64,000 bases of DNA, from positions 1,056,001-1,120,000 of the forward strand of contig CBDFIJ010000004.1 of the NCBI GenBank assembly GCA_965248055.1. The letters run 5' to 3'. The DNA comes from Candidatus Multivoradales bacterium (GTDB lineage Bacteria > Acidobacteriota > Thermoanaerobaculia > Multivoradales > JAHEKO01). Below, piece after piece: positions 30,271 through 40,012 of the stretch (the first letter of the stretch is position 1; every line of letters starts with the position of its first letter). The notes beneath the pieces are model-generated. The model was not told the DNA's origin. It saw only the letters and a program-made list of their open reading frames with translations, and made no database searches. The translations under genes and the position numbers were made by a program.

Positions 30271-30642
30271 CTAAGCGCCGGCTTCTTGGGTGACGTCGTC
30301 CGCGTCGCTCCACATACCTTCAAGCCGGTAGTAGTCGCGCGCTTCGGGGTCGAAGATGTGTACCAAGAAATAGCCGTAATCAATCAGGATCCAAGTTCCC
30401 TGTTGGTAACCTTCGACCGCTAGAGGCTTACGTTTAACCGAACGTAACCGGTCCAACACCTCATCAGAGAGCGCCTGGACCTGCCGCCGATTGGTGCCGC
30501 TGCAAACGACAAAATGGTTGGTGAAATCACTGACTCGGCTGAGATCTAGAACCTTTAGGCTCTCACCCTTCTTGTCCGCCAGCGCTGCTACCGCCAATCG
30601 AAGTTCTTGGGGTAACGACGGTTGTTCTGGCTGCGGCTTCAT
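30271..30642 (-). CDS. rsfS: Ribosome silencing factor
   Basis: DKKG, FVVCSG, RQVQA, WILIDYG, R.YY.LE.MW. Confidence 0.96.
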   Translation of the reverse strand: MKPQPEQPSLPQELRLAVAALADKKGESLKVLDLSRVSDFTNHFVVCSGTNRRQVQALSDEVLDRLRSVKRKPLAVEGYQQGTWILIDYGYFLVHIFDPEARDYYRLEGMWSDADDVTQEAGA

Positions 30643-31232
30643 CGATAGAGGTTGTATTTGCTGGCGTACTCTAGCACCCGTGGGTGCAGACCGTGCGGGA
30701 ATTCTCCGAGCTCTATTTGGCTACGGATTCGGGTCGATGACAGGGTATTGAGTGGGTTGGCAACCCAGCGAATGCGGTTCTCTCCGGCCGCACTGACCGG
30801 CTCAGGAATCGAGCCCGGTTCGGGGCAGCCGACACAGGGTCGGCAAAGCACCCCGATCTCAAACCGCAAGAGGTCCTGCCATCGGCGCCAAGTCGTCAAT
30901 TGGGCCAGTGAGTCTCCGCCGATCAACAACACCCACTCGACTTCCGGCCTCGACTCCGCCAGGGACTCCATGGTGTCAATGGTATAGCTCGGTTGATCGA
31001 GTCGAAGCTCGCGCGGCGATGCCTGCGCCCAGTCCAAGTCGAGAAGGGCCAACTCTACCATCACGTAGCGTCGCCAAGCTGAGGCCATCCCCTCGGTCGC
31101 TTTGTGCGGTGGGACCGCGGTGGGTACAAACATCACTTGGTCCAGCGCGAGATGACGACGAGCAAACTCCACCGTTTCCACATGCCCGTTGTGGACCGGG
31201 TCAAAGGTGCCGCCCAGTACGCCAACTCTCAT
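30639..31232 (-). CDS. nadD: Nicotinate-nucleotide adenylyltransferase
   Basis: GGTFDPVHNGH, PPHK, SYTIDT, SSTRIR. Confidence 0.96.
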   Translation of the reverse strand: MRVGVLGGTFDPVHNGHVETVEFARRHLALDQVMFVPTAVPPHKATEGMASAWRRYVMVELALLDLDWAQASPRELRLDQPSYTIDTMESLAESRPEVEWVLLIGGDSLAQLTTWRRWQDLLRFEIGVLCRPCVGCPEPGSIPEPVSAAGENRIRWVANPLNTLSSTRIRSQIELGEFPHGLHPRVLEYASKYNLYR

Positions 31233-31251
31233 TGCTTCGGTATCTCGGTTG

Positions 31252-32271
31252 TCACTCGTCAGCCACCCGGTTGTCTTGCGTCTGCCTCAGAGTATCGGCA
31301 ACCCAGGTCAACATGTGATCCAGTCCGTCCCCGGAAACCCCACTCACTTCCAAAACCGGAAGCTGACGCTGTTTGGCCGCCGTGGCCAATTCGCTACGAC
31401 GTTGCGCGTCGGCAACGTCCAACTTACTACCCACTAACAACCTTGGCCGATAAATCAAGTCTGGGTCAAAGGCCTCTAGTTCCCCTTCGATCGCCTGCAG
31501 AGAATCTTCGACTGAGCTCTCCGAATCCGCCAACTCCACCAGGTGAATCAGAACTCGGCAGCGATCCACGTGGCGCAAGAATTGATGCCCCAACCCCGCT
31601 CCTTGGGCGGCTCCTGCAATTAGCCCAGGTAGGTCAGCAACCACGAATGGATCGTCGATCCCCTGCTCCACCACGCCCAACTGCGGCACCAGGGTGGTAA
31701 ATGGATAGTCGGCGACTTTGGGCCGCGCGGCGGAAATCCTAGAAATCAAGGTCGACTTGCCAGCATTGGGCAAGCCCACCAATCCAGCGTCGGCCAGCAG
31801 CTTCAACTCCAGTCGAAGACTGCGTTCTACGCCTTCTGCCCCTGGAGTGGAAAATCGAGGCGTCTGCCTCGTCGAGCTGGAAAATCGAGCATTGCCCTTT
31901 CCCCCGTGCCCTCCTTTGGCGCTCACAATGCGTTCACCGCTGGTGAAGATCTCGCCCAACAACTCCCCCGAATCGCGATCGTAGATCAAGGTTCCCAACG
32001 GTATCGCCACCTCGATATCGTCCGCTGATTTTCCAGTTTTGTTTGATCCCTCGCCGGCGCCACCTTTCTTTGCCTGAAATCGAGTTTGATGGCGAAATGG
32101 GTACAGGGTGTTGAGGTTGTGGTCGCCAACCAAGACCACTGAGCCGCCATGCCCACCGTCACCTCCGGCCGGCCCGCCCTTGGGCACGAACTTCTCGCGC
32201 CGAAACGCAACACAACCGTCCCCACCTCGCCCACCGGCGACGTGAATCACGGCCTCATCAATGAAATGCAA
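31252..32271 (-). CDS. obgE: GTPase Obg
   Basis: FRREKFVPKGGP.GGDGG, GLPNAGKST, YPFTTL, DLPGLI. Confidence 0.98.
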   Translation of the reverse strand: MHFIDEAVIHVAGGRGGDGCVAFRREKFVPKGGPAGGDGGHGGSVVLVGDHNLNTLYPFRHQTRFQAKKGGAGEGSNKTGKSADDIEVAIPLGTLIYDRDSGELLGEIFTSGERIVSAKGGHGGKGNARFSSSTRQTPRFSTPGAEGVERSLRLELKLLADAGLVGLPNAGKSTLISRISAARPKVADYPFTTLVPQLGVVEQGIDDPFVVADLPGLIAGAAQGAGLGHQFLRHVDRCRVLIHLVELADSESSVEDSLQAIEGELEAFDPDLIYRPRLLVGSKLDVADAQRRSELATAAKQRQLPVLEVSGVSGDGLDHMLTWVADTLRQTQDNRVADE

Positions 32272-32277
32272 GTGAAA

Positions 32278-32535
32278 CTAAGAACTCGGAACGATGTTGA
32301 CGATGGTGCGGGTGCGGTGTTTTCTGCCGAACTCGACCGTTCCGTCAACCATGGCAAACAACGTGTCATCTTTTCCTCGACCAACGTTGTCGCCCGGGAG
32401 AATACGAGTACCGCGTTGTCGCACTAGGATCGTTCCCCCGGTGACCTGCTGACCACCGTAGCGCTTCACGCCCAGGTTTTGTGGATTGGAATCGCGGCCA
32501 TTGCGAGTGGATCCCTGACCTTTTTTGTGCGCCAT
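32278..32535 (-). CDS. rpmA: 50S ribosomal protein L27
   Basis: [21 protein letters not shown]. Confidence 0.99.
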   Translation of the reverse strand: MAHKKGQGSTRNGRDSNPQNLGVKRYGGQQVTGGTILVRQRGTRILPGDNVGRGKDDTLFAMVDGTVEFGRKHRTRTIVNIVPSS

Positions 32536-32547
32536 ACCTCTTACCTC

Positions 32548-32865
32548 TTAGGCTGTGATCGAGTCGATCTGGACTCGAAGAAGGTTCTGACGGTGTCCTT
32601 GCGTGCGGCGATAACCCTTACGACGCTTTTTCTTGAACACCTTAACTTTGGGTGCGCGCACCCGGTCGACCAAGGTCCCCGCGACCGAAGCACCCTCTAC
32701 CACCGGAGTACCGACCGTAGTGGAGTCACCATCGGTGATCATCAAGACGCGGTCAAATTGAACCTTCTCAGTTTTTTTTCCGGTGGTCTGCGTCAGCTCA
32801 ATGTCGAGTACATCACCCTTGGTAACGCGATATTGTTTTCCACCGGTTTCAATTACTGCGTACAT
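32548..32865 (-). CDS. rplU: 50S ribosomal protein L21
   Basis: MYAVIETGGKQYRV, GHRQ. Confidence 0.99.
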   Translation of the reverse strand: MYAVIETGGKQYRVTKGDVLDIELTQTTGKKTEKVQFDRVLMITDGDSTTVGTPVVEGASVAGTLVDRVRAPKVKVFKKKRRKGYRRTQGHRQNLLRVQIDSITA

Positions 32866-32945
32866 AACAAACTTCTCCCAGGCGCAAGAAGCGCAAGAGG
32901 CGGAAATTTATCACTCTCCTGAGCGTCGGGTCAATCGCCGGATGG

Positions 32946-34298
32946 TCAATCTGCGGTACTGGCAAATCGCACTGCATCACCCGGGAAATGAACCGATACC
33001 GTAGCGCCTCGCTCACCTCGGGTATGCCCCCGGTCGCCGTCGTCAATCTGCACTTTCGCACCATGCGCGTCGGCAAAGCGTCGAACAATCGCCAGCCCCA
33101 ATCCGGTGCCACCCCGTCGATTGGAGTAGAAAACCTCGAATACCTTTTCTCGATGGTCCTTCGGAATCCCAGGTCCCTGGTCACTGACCCCCAAAGCAAG
33201 TCCGTCGCCGGAAGGGCGAACCCACAACCGCACTATCGATGGTTCCGTCGTTTCGGACCCAGTGGCAAACTGCGCCGATACCTGCAGCGAGTTGTGCAAC
33301 AGATTGTGAATCACCTGTTTGATCTGCGAAGAATCGACCCAAATCAGGGTTTCACTCCGGCCCTCCTCGACCTCCAAATCGACTCCAGCTTCGACAAAAG
33401 CGCTACTGGCCAGCTCATGGGCCTCTGCCAACAGCTCGCGCACCGATACCCATTCCCGCTCCAAAGGTCGAGGCTTGGCGTAGGCGAGGAAATCAGTCAC
33501 CAGTCGTTCCAAGCGTCGGACTTCCGAGCGAGTAATGTCGAACAACCGGCCCCGGCTGTCTCCCGCACCCTCTTCCAGCATCTGCAGGTTGAGATTGACC
33601 GCGTTGAGGGGGTTGCGGATCTCGTGCGCCAGCCCGGACGCCAACGTGCCCAAATAGGCAAGCCGCTCCGCACTCTGCGCCTGTTCCTCCAGTGCGCGGC
33701 TGCGTCGATAGAGCCAGGTCACCACACCGTAGGCGCCCAGCAAAAGCGCGGTGGTCAAGGCGGCGACCACTCCGGCCAGTCTCAGTAGGTGCTCCCTCAA
33801 TTCCTCTACTCGCTGTGACAGATGCTCGCGACTGAGCCCCACTACCAAGGTGCCCAGGCCGCGAATCGGCACTTCTAGATCTGATTCGGGGAGGAGGACT
33901 TGCAAATCTGCGATGGACCGCTCCTGTGCGCCCAACCTGGAAGAGTCTTCGTCATACCCTTGCGAATAAAGAAGTATTCCTTCAGCAGTGCGGACCATGA
34001 TCGCCTCGATGTCCCTGCGCCGTGCGAGCGACTGCAATTCAGTGACGAAGTCGACTTGATCACTCAGACCGCCGAGATCTTCCAAATCGTCGGCTTGATC
34101 CCCGATCGATTCAGCAACAGCCTCAGCATCTTCCCTGGTTTCCAACAACACCCGCTCAAGTTCTCGCTGCGAAAGACTACGAAATAACAGCCAACCAAAG
34201 AGGCCGAAATCCAGCAACAGCAAGGCGGCAAACACCACCGTCAACAGCCGCGCACGGCGCGCGAATACCTCGGCGGCAATGGATCGATCATGTCCCAT
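32946..34298 (-). CDS. Sensor histidine kinase, no adjacent regulator
   Basis: Two TM segments, GLAHEIRNPL, DQGPGI, GTGLGLAI. Confidence 0.92.
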   Translation of the reverse strand: MGHDRSIAAEVFARRARLLTVVFAALLLLDFGLFGWLLFRSLSQRELERVLLETREDAEAVAESIGDQADDLEDLGGLSDQVDFVTELQSLARRRDIEAIMVRTAEGILLYSQGYDEDSSRLGAQERSIADLQVLLPESDLEVPIRGLGTLVVGLSREHLSQRVEELREHLLRLAGVVAALTTALLLGAYGVVTWLYRRSRALEEQAQSAERLAYLGTLASGLAHEIRNPLNAVNLNLQMLEEGAGDSRGRLFDITRSEVRRLERLVTDFLAYAKPRPLEREWVSVRELLAEAHELASSAFVEAGVDLEVEEGRSETLIWVDSSQIKQVIHNLLHNSLQVSAQFATGSETTEPSIVRLWVRPSGDGLALGVSDQGPGIPKDHREKVFEVFYSNRRGGTGLGLAIVRRFADAHGAKVQIDDGDRGHTRGERGATVSVHFPGDAVRFASTAD

Positions 34299-34333
34299 TA
34301 AATTCACAGCAAAACAGCGTACCACCGCGGAAC

Positions 34334-34690
34334 TTGGGCGACGGCGTCATAGTCCTCGGTTGTCCGACCGGAGTGAGAGCGTTGTTGGCGCGGGCCGATC
34401 GGTCGTTCGTTGATGGCCTACGCAAGCGAAAGAATCTTGGTTTTTTGGAGCATCGCCGACGCCCTATCCGCGGTCACATCGGACCGTTGGCCAGCCGAGG
34501 CATTATCAGCCAAGTCAGCCCAACCAAAGTAGTCTACGACGCCGAAACCACGTCCAGCAGTAGCGGTGCCCTGTGCTCAATCTGCAAGGTCAAGTCGTGG
34601 CGATCATTGCTGCAATCATCCCCGCGTTCGTCGGTTCTAACCTCGGCGTCCCACGGCTTCCGCCGCGCTGTTGCTGGACTCAACTCGACT
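34334..34690 (+). pseudogene. Frameshifted C-terminal remnant of a trypsin-like serine protease
   Basis: VIVLGCPTG...RGIISQV...VYDAETTSSSSG then in another frame PVLNLQGQVVAIIAAIIPAFVGSNLGVP. Confidence 0.7.
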
Positions 34691-34876
34691 TGCTAGCGCA
34701 CTTACGGATGGCGCCGCGTCCTGACCTGCACAAGACCTAACCCATTAGCTCGGCGGCAAGGTCAAGCTCCGTCGGTGGAGCGACCGATCCACTACCGCCT
34801 TCCCACCGTAGTGCTCATATGGAGTAGCAGTTGGCAAACAATATACAGCGCGTTCGGTCCAGAAGGAGATGTAACT

Positions 34877-35521
34877 ATGCAACGCAAACTCGCAGTCGCG
34901 ATTCTCGCACTCACCTTGGCCCTTGGCGTCGGCATCGCCGTAGCGGGCGATGAGGAGCACCAGGCTCAGCCATTGACCAAGGACATGAAGATGATGATGA
35001 AAAACGGTGCTATGAAAAATATGGATAAGTACATGGGCTCACCGGAAGCAATGATGAGCGTGCTACCCAAGGCCATGATGACCTCTCAGGCCAGCACTGC
35101 AGAGCACGGCAAAGCACTGTTTAATGACACTGCTCTCGGAACCAACGGACAGTCCTGTAACTCTTGTCATCCGGGCGGCGGCACCACTGGCGGAACGGTC
35201 AAGACACCGATGGCCAGCGAGGTAACCGGCAAACCCTATGAACTACCTGTCCCTTCCTTGGTGGGAGCTGCGGCAAGCTTTCCCAAGTTCAAGGTCCCCA
35301 ATGATCGAGTCATCACCGTTCAGGAAATGTCCAACAACTGCATCATGATGTTCATGGCCGCCCAACCTCTTGACGTCAGCAGCTCAGAATCCGTCGCTTT
35401 GGGTTCGTACTTGACCCATCTATCTGAAGGTGAGGCCGTGGAGCCAGGCAAGATGCCCGAACGGATGAAGATGATGATGGAAAATATGGAGAAAATGGAA
35501 AACATGGACGACGCGGGCTAG
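34877..35521 (+). CDS. Met-rich monoheme c-type cytochrome, SoxA/TsdA-like domain
   Basis: RBS AAGGAG, signal peptide, CNSCH, RVITVQEMSNNC; Met-rich N- and C-terminal segments. Confidence 0.8.
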   Translation: MQRKLAVAILALTLALGVGIAVAGDEEHQAQPLTKDMKMMMKNGAMKNMDKYMGSPEAMMSVLPKAMMTSQASTAEHGKALFNDTALGTNGQSCNSCHPGGGTTGGTVKTPMASEVTGKPYELPVPSLVGAAASFPKFKVPNDRVITVQEMSNNCIMMFMAAQPLDVSSSESVALGSYLTHLSEGEAVEPGKMPERMKMMMENMEKMENMDDAG

Positions 35522-35541
35522 CAGCTCTCGATCTGTTCGGT

Positions 35542-35577
35542 AATCAGGGTGGCCCAGGATTCTGAGCCACCCTGATT
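35542..35577. terminator. Intergenic hairpin
   Basis: AATCAGGGTGGC...GCCACCCTGATT 12-bp stem. Confidence 0.55.
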
Positions 35578-35610
35578 CTCATTTAGGCTGGACATTTAGG
35601 AATCCGATTT

Positions 35611-36645
35611 ATGAAATCTCGGTGTGATATCACAGCTACGATAGCGCTTTCGATCGTGGCTATCTTGGGAGGGGGAGTGCCTTCCGAAACGCAAGAACTT
35701 GGCGAAGAATGGCGCGGAACGCCGCAGGAAGCCTTTTTGAAGGGGCCCATTGTCCAGAAGTATCAATGCGTGACCTGCCACACAATCGCAGATCAGGGTG
35801 GCACCGTAGGCCCGATCTTGAACATGGCCGGATTGCGCCGTTCGGCTGATTGGCTTGGCTCCTGGCTCGAAGACCCCAACGTGATAAAGCCAGGAACCAA
35901 GATGCCCAAGTTTCCTTTTACCGACCAAGAACGCAAATTGACGGTTGATTACCTTGCGGCGATGAAACGACCACTTCGCACCACGGAAATCTTGGCTCAA
36001 GATATAAACCAAGTCGAAAAGGGACGCCAACTATTCCAAGATTATGACTGTTTGGCCTGCCATCGTATCGGTGATGAAGGACGATTTGTTGGACCGGATC
36101 TAACTTGGGTTGGCTTACGTAAAAGGGAACCCTGGGAGCGTATATGGCTGACCGATCCACCCGGATTCAAACCTGACACCTTTATGCCTGACTTCCACAT
36201 CCCCCAAGAGGGTGTGGAGAGCTTGGCTGCGTTCCTCCACACTTTGCAAGGGCAGGACAACGAAGCCGGTCGTCAATGGGAGTTCATGTTCAGTTTCATG
36301 GTCAACACTACCGCTGAAGTGCGCGGAGAGATGGTTTGGAAGCGACTCGGATGTTGGGCCTGCCATGGTGAGAACGGCCGCGGGGGTATCCGTAACCCAA
36401 ACAGCGCAGAGGGCCATGAGGTGGTTCCAAATCTGAAGAAAACTCGAGATCAGTACGATCAAGAGGCGTTTCTGGAAAAAATCACGACCGGCACCCAGGT
36501 GTCGGCCACCGACCAGAATGCAGTACCACAGCCATACGCGTGCCCGGCATATCCGGCAGAAGCACTGAATCAATTAGGGCTCGATGATCTCTACGCCTAC
36601 GTGTCAAGTTTCGCCCCGCCTAAGAGCAAATGGAAGATTAACTAG
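35611..36645 (+). CDS. Triheme c-type cytochrome
   Basis: CVTCH, CLACH, CWACH; GP.L and MP motifs in the first two domains. Confidence 0.88.
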   Translation: MKSRCDITATIALSIVAILGGGVPSETQELGEEWRGTPQEAFLKGPIVQKYQCVTCHTIADQGGTVGPILNMAGLRRSADWLGSWLEDPNVIKPGTKMPKFPFTDQERKLTVDYLAAMKRPLRTTEILAQDINQVEKGRQLFQDYDCLACHRIGDEGRFVGPDLTWVGLRKREPWERIWLTDPPGFKPDTFMPDFHIPQEGVESLAAFLHTLQGQDNEAGRQWEFMFSFMVNTTAEVRGEMVWKRLGCWACHGENGRGGIRNPNSAEGHEVVPNLKKTRDQYDQEAFLEKITTGTQVSATDQNAVPQPYACPAYPAEALNQLGLDDLYAYVSSFAPPKSKWKIN

Positions 36646-36660
36646 AACTGGAGCTTCACG

Positions 36661-37380
36661 ATGAACTATTCACGGTTTCTTTGCCTCGCAACCCTCACTT
36701 TCGGCCTGTTTGCAGGAGCGCTGCAGGCTCAAGGCTATTCCGAGGTGTCGGTTGCCAACGGCGGTGTCGTGGTAGGGCGAGTATTTTTTGGTGCTGACTA
36801 CCCGGAAGCCGAGACCCTCCAACCGGACCGCGACGCCGATACCTGCGGTGTTCGCATTCCTGTCGAGCAGTTCGTAGTCGATGCCGACACTAAGGGACTA
36901 GCAAACGCGGTCATCCGAATCGAGGGGGTAAGTAAGGGGAAACCGTTCGAAGACGCCAAGCCCCGGATCGAACAACTCAAGTGCCGTTATGACCCCCACG
37001 TCCTAGTGGTGCAACCGGGTCAGGAATTCGAAATCGTCAACCAAGACCCTGTTCTCCACAACGTGCATGCCTACAACGGAGACGACACCGCGTTTAATCT
37101 TGCACAGCCGTTTCAAGGCCAGGCCACTTCTCAGATCCTCAACGAAACCGGAACGGTACGAGTCGCCTGCGATGTTCATTCATGGATGCAAGCGTGGGTC
37201 TTGGTGATTGATTCACCTTATTTTGCTGTCACCGACGCTCAAGGCAACTTCTCAATTCCCGATGTACCCCCTGGTAGCTACCAGATCACCATGTGGCACG
37301 AACTACTCGGAATCGCGGAAAAGACCGTAACCGTGACTACCGACGGGTCATCAGACGTTCAGTTCGTCATCACCGGGTAG
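36661..37380 (+). CDS. Secreted cupredoxin-like protein with carboxypeptidase-regulatory-like domain
   Basis: Signal peptide, HNVH, CDVHSWM, VTD..G.F.I..VPPG.Y....WHE. Confidence 0.8.
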   Translation: MNYSRFLCLATLTFGLFAGALQAQGYSEVSVANGGVVVGRVFFGADYPEAETLQPDRDADTCGVRIPVEQFVVDADTKGLANAVIRIEGVSKGKPFEDAKPRIEQLKCRYDPHVLVVQPGQEFEIVNQDPVLHNVHAYNGDDTAFNLAQPFQGQATSQILNETGTVRVACDVHSWMQAWVLVIDSPYFAVTDAQGNFSIPDVPPGSYQITMWHELLGIAEKTVTVTTDGSSDVQFVITG

Positions 37381-37469
37381 CTGTATGACCGCCAACGCTG
37401 CCACGATATCTTCAGCGACTCCAACTCGGTGATGCTCCGGAGCCAAGGAGCGCACTTGAATCTGCGTCA

Positions 37470-38259
37470 TCAGCTATTAGGGCGTGTTAACACTAGATAT
37501 AGCATCACAACGAGTGCGAAGTGTATAAAGAATGTGAAGATTATGTCCAATTTGTCGAAGCGTGAGAATATCCGACGAAACCCCTTCAAGCGACGAAACA
37601 AGCGCTCTACTTCATTGCGCTTCTTGTACATTTCTCGGTCGTATAGCCAAGGTTGTAATCGATTGCTTTTCGGCGGCACAACAGGTATGAGACCAAGATC
37701 GAGCACGAGTTGGCGTGTTTCATTACCTTCATACGCCCGGTCCATGATCATGTACTTGGCCGATAGAGTTGTCTTCCTCAACAGCTTACGACCCTCTGGC
37801 GCGTCAGCAGCATTGCCAGGAGACAGAGAAAAATTCACTGCGGTCCGAGCATCTGCGGCAACCATATGAATCTTTGTAGTCCATCCTCCCCGCGACTTGC
37901 CGATCGCCTGTGGACCGTTTTTTTTAGAGCGCCCGTTCCATCAGGGTGTACCTTAACCGCTGTGCTATCGAGTGAAACCGCCTCAACACGGACCTGAATG
38001 ACTTGCTGGCGTTGCAGTTCACTAAACACTCGTCCAGCACGCCTTTTTTTGCCCAACGGTTCATACGCGTATAGACGGTACGCCAATTACCAAAACGCTT
38101 CGGCAGCCCGCGCCACTTACAGCCATGTTCTGCAACGTAAAGTATCGCGTTGAGCACCTGGAGGTTATCTAACGATACATTGCCACGCTGTCGTGGAAGG
38201 AAAGGCTCGATTCGGGCAAATTGTTCTATTGTTATTTCCATCCACCGAATATACATCAA
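37470..38259 (-). CDS. IS5 transposase in two frames joined at an A8 tract (about 37918-37925)
   Basis: GCKWRGLP..FGNW.TVY.R..RW, LDST.VKVH, DRAYEG, YKKRNEVERLFRRLK.FRRI..RFDK. Confidence 0.88.
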
Positions 38260-38276
38260 CTAGTGTGAACACGCCC
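37480..38276 (-). mobile_element. IS5 family (IS427-like) insertion sequence
   Basis: Terminal IRs GGGCGTGTT(A/C)ACACTAG, TA at both flanks; two-ORF transposase. Confidence 0.92.
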
Positions 38277-38350
38277 TAGTTTGACCACGCGCTCCCGGGA
38301 TCGCTAACATCAACCGCTAGATCTATCACTGATCTCTAGATCGCTAAGCT

Positions 38351-39994
38351 GTGAGCTGTCCCATTAACTTTCCGAAAACACCGTCGTCGGACAGGAACCT
38401 AGCTCACACCACCGCCCTTTACTTGACCATCGTCGGATTGGTGGCATGTCAGCCACCTTGGGATAAGTCCAACACCGCGGTTATCGCTCTGGAGTACGAC
38501 ATTGGTGGGTTCAATGAGTTGGTTTCTGCGGACAACTCGACAACCCAACAGGTCATCGAGCGGTTGTATCTCGACTTGTTCGAGGAAGATCCTGACTCCT
38601 CGCAAAGACCGCCACAGTTCGGCCCACGCCTAGCTTTGTCGCACCAAGCCTCTGACAACGGCAAGGCCGTCACCTTGCACTTGCGCCCTGATGCCGTGTG
38701 GAGCGACGGAACGCCGATCAGCGCCGAGGACGTACGCTGGACCTGGCAGGTACAGACCGATCCTGCTGTGGCGTGGGAATACGCAGATATCAAAGCGGCA
38801 ATCGAAGAGGTCGAAGTGGTCGACCCGCAAACCGTGCGCTTTCATTTCACCCATAGCTACGCCAATCAACTCGCAGACATCAATGAAGGGGTGATCCTTC
38901 CACGGCACGCGTGGTCGCAATTACCTCTCGACCGGTGGCGCGAGGGGGAGGATTGGTTTCGCAAACACCTAGTGGTTAGCGGCCCCTATCAAGTCGAGCA
39001 CTACGCTCCGGGGTCGGAATTGGTGCTGGTCGCCAATGATCGTTACTTCGAAGCCGACCTGCCGACCATCCCACGCCTGTTGTTTCAGGTGGTACCGGAT
39101 TCGACCTCCCGGGTACGCAGTCTGCTGGCTGGCGAGCTCGATTTCATTCCCAAACTACGAGCCCACGAAGCGACACAAATTGAAGCCAGCGACGCCGCCC
39201 AGGTGATCGCCTATCCGCATCGCCAGTACGACTACATCGCCTGGAATCTAAACGACGAATTGTTCCGTTCGACAGCGGTACGTTTGGGGCTGCTGCTCGC
39301 CATCGACCGCCAACAGATCATCGACACGCTACTCTCGGGCTACGCAACAATCGCCAACTCGCCGATCGTCTCGAACGTCTGGGCGCACACCGAACTGGAG
39401 CCTTGGCCGCACGCTCCGCAAGCAGCGGTCAACAGCTTTGCGCAAGCCGGTTGGCAGCAAGACAACGAGGGGATCTTGCGCGACGAAGACGGCCAACCGT
39501 TCGCATTCGAGCTCGCCTTCAATGCCTCCAATACCTTTCGTCGCGATGCTGCGGCAATGATCCAAGAACAACTTCGGGCGATTGGAGCGCAGGTCACTCT
39601 GCGGCCCGAGGAGTTCAATGTGCTCTCAGACAAGTTAGAAAATGGACAACATCAGGCGTACCTGGGCGCCTTCAACATGGACACCACACTCGACCTCACG
39701 GTGATCTTCCACAGCTCCGCGGTTGAAGACGGATACAACTTCTCGCGCTACGCAAACCATGAATTGGATCGCTTAATCGAACGCGTCAAGACCTATCCCA
39801 ACATCCAGGACGCCAAATCGGACCTAGCACGAATTCAAGAAATCCTGCACCATGATCAGCCGATGGCCTTCCTGTGGGAGCCAATGCGGCTCAACGCACA
39901 CTCCAACCGCCTGCAAAATGTGGTGCCCAATCTCATCGACACCTACGCTAACTTGCGGCATTGGTCTTTGGCTTCGACATCCCCGACACCGTAG
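38351..39994 (+). CDS. Peptide ABC transporter substrate-binding lipoprotein (family 5)
   Basis: LVAC lipobox, LRPDAVWSDGTPISAEDV, SGPY. Confidence 0.92.
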   Translation: MSCPINFPKTPSSDRNLAHTTALYLTIVGLVACQPPWDKSNTAVIALEYDIGGFNELVSADNSTTQQVIERLYLDLFEEDPDSSQRPPQFGPRLALSHQASDNGKAVTLHLRPDAVWSDGTPISAEDVRWTWQVQTDPAVAWEYADIKAAIEEVEVVDPQTVRFHFTHSYANQLADINEGVILPRHAWSQLPLDRWREGEDWFRKHLVVSGPYQVEHYAPGSELVLVANDRYFEADLPTIPRLLFQVVPDSTSRVRSLLAGELDFIPKLRAHEATQIEASDAAQVIAYPHRQYDYIAWNLNDELFRSTAVRLGLLLAIDRQQIIDTLLSGYATIANSPIVSNVWAHTELEPWPHAPQAAVNSFAQAGWQQDNEGILRDEDGQPFAFELAFNASNTFRRDAAAMIQEQLRAIGAQVTLRPEEFNVLSDKLENGQHQAYLGAFNMDTTLDLTVIFHSSAVEDGYNFSRYANHELDRLIERVKTYPNIQDAKSDLARIQEILHHDQPMAFLWEPMRLNAHSNRLQNVVPNLIDTYANLRHWSLASTSPTP

Positions 39995-40012
39995 CGATAG
40001 GCTGGTGGACAG

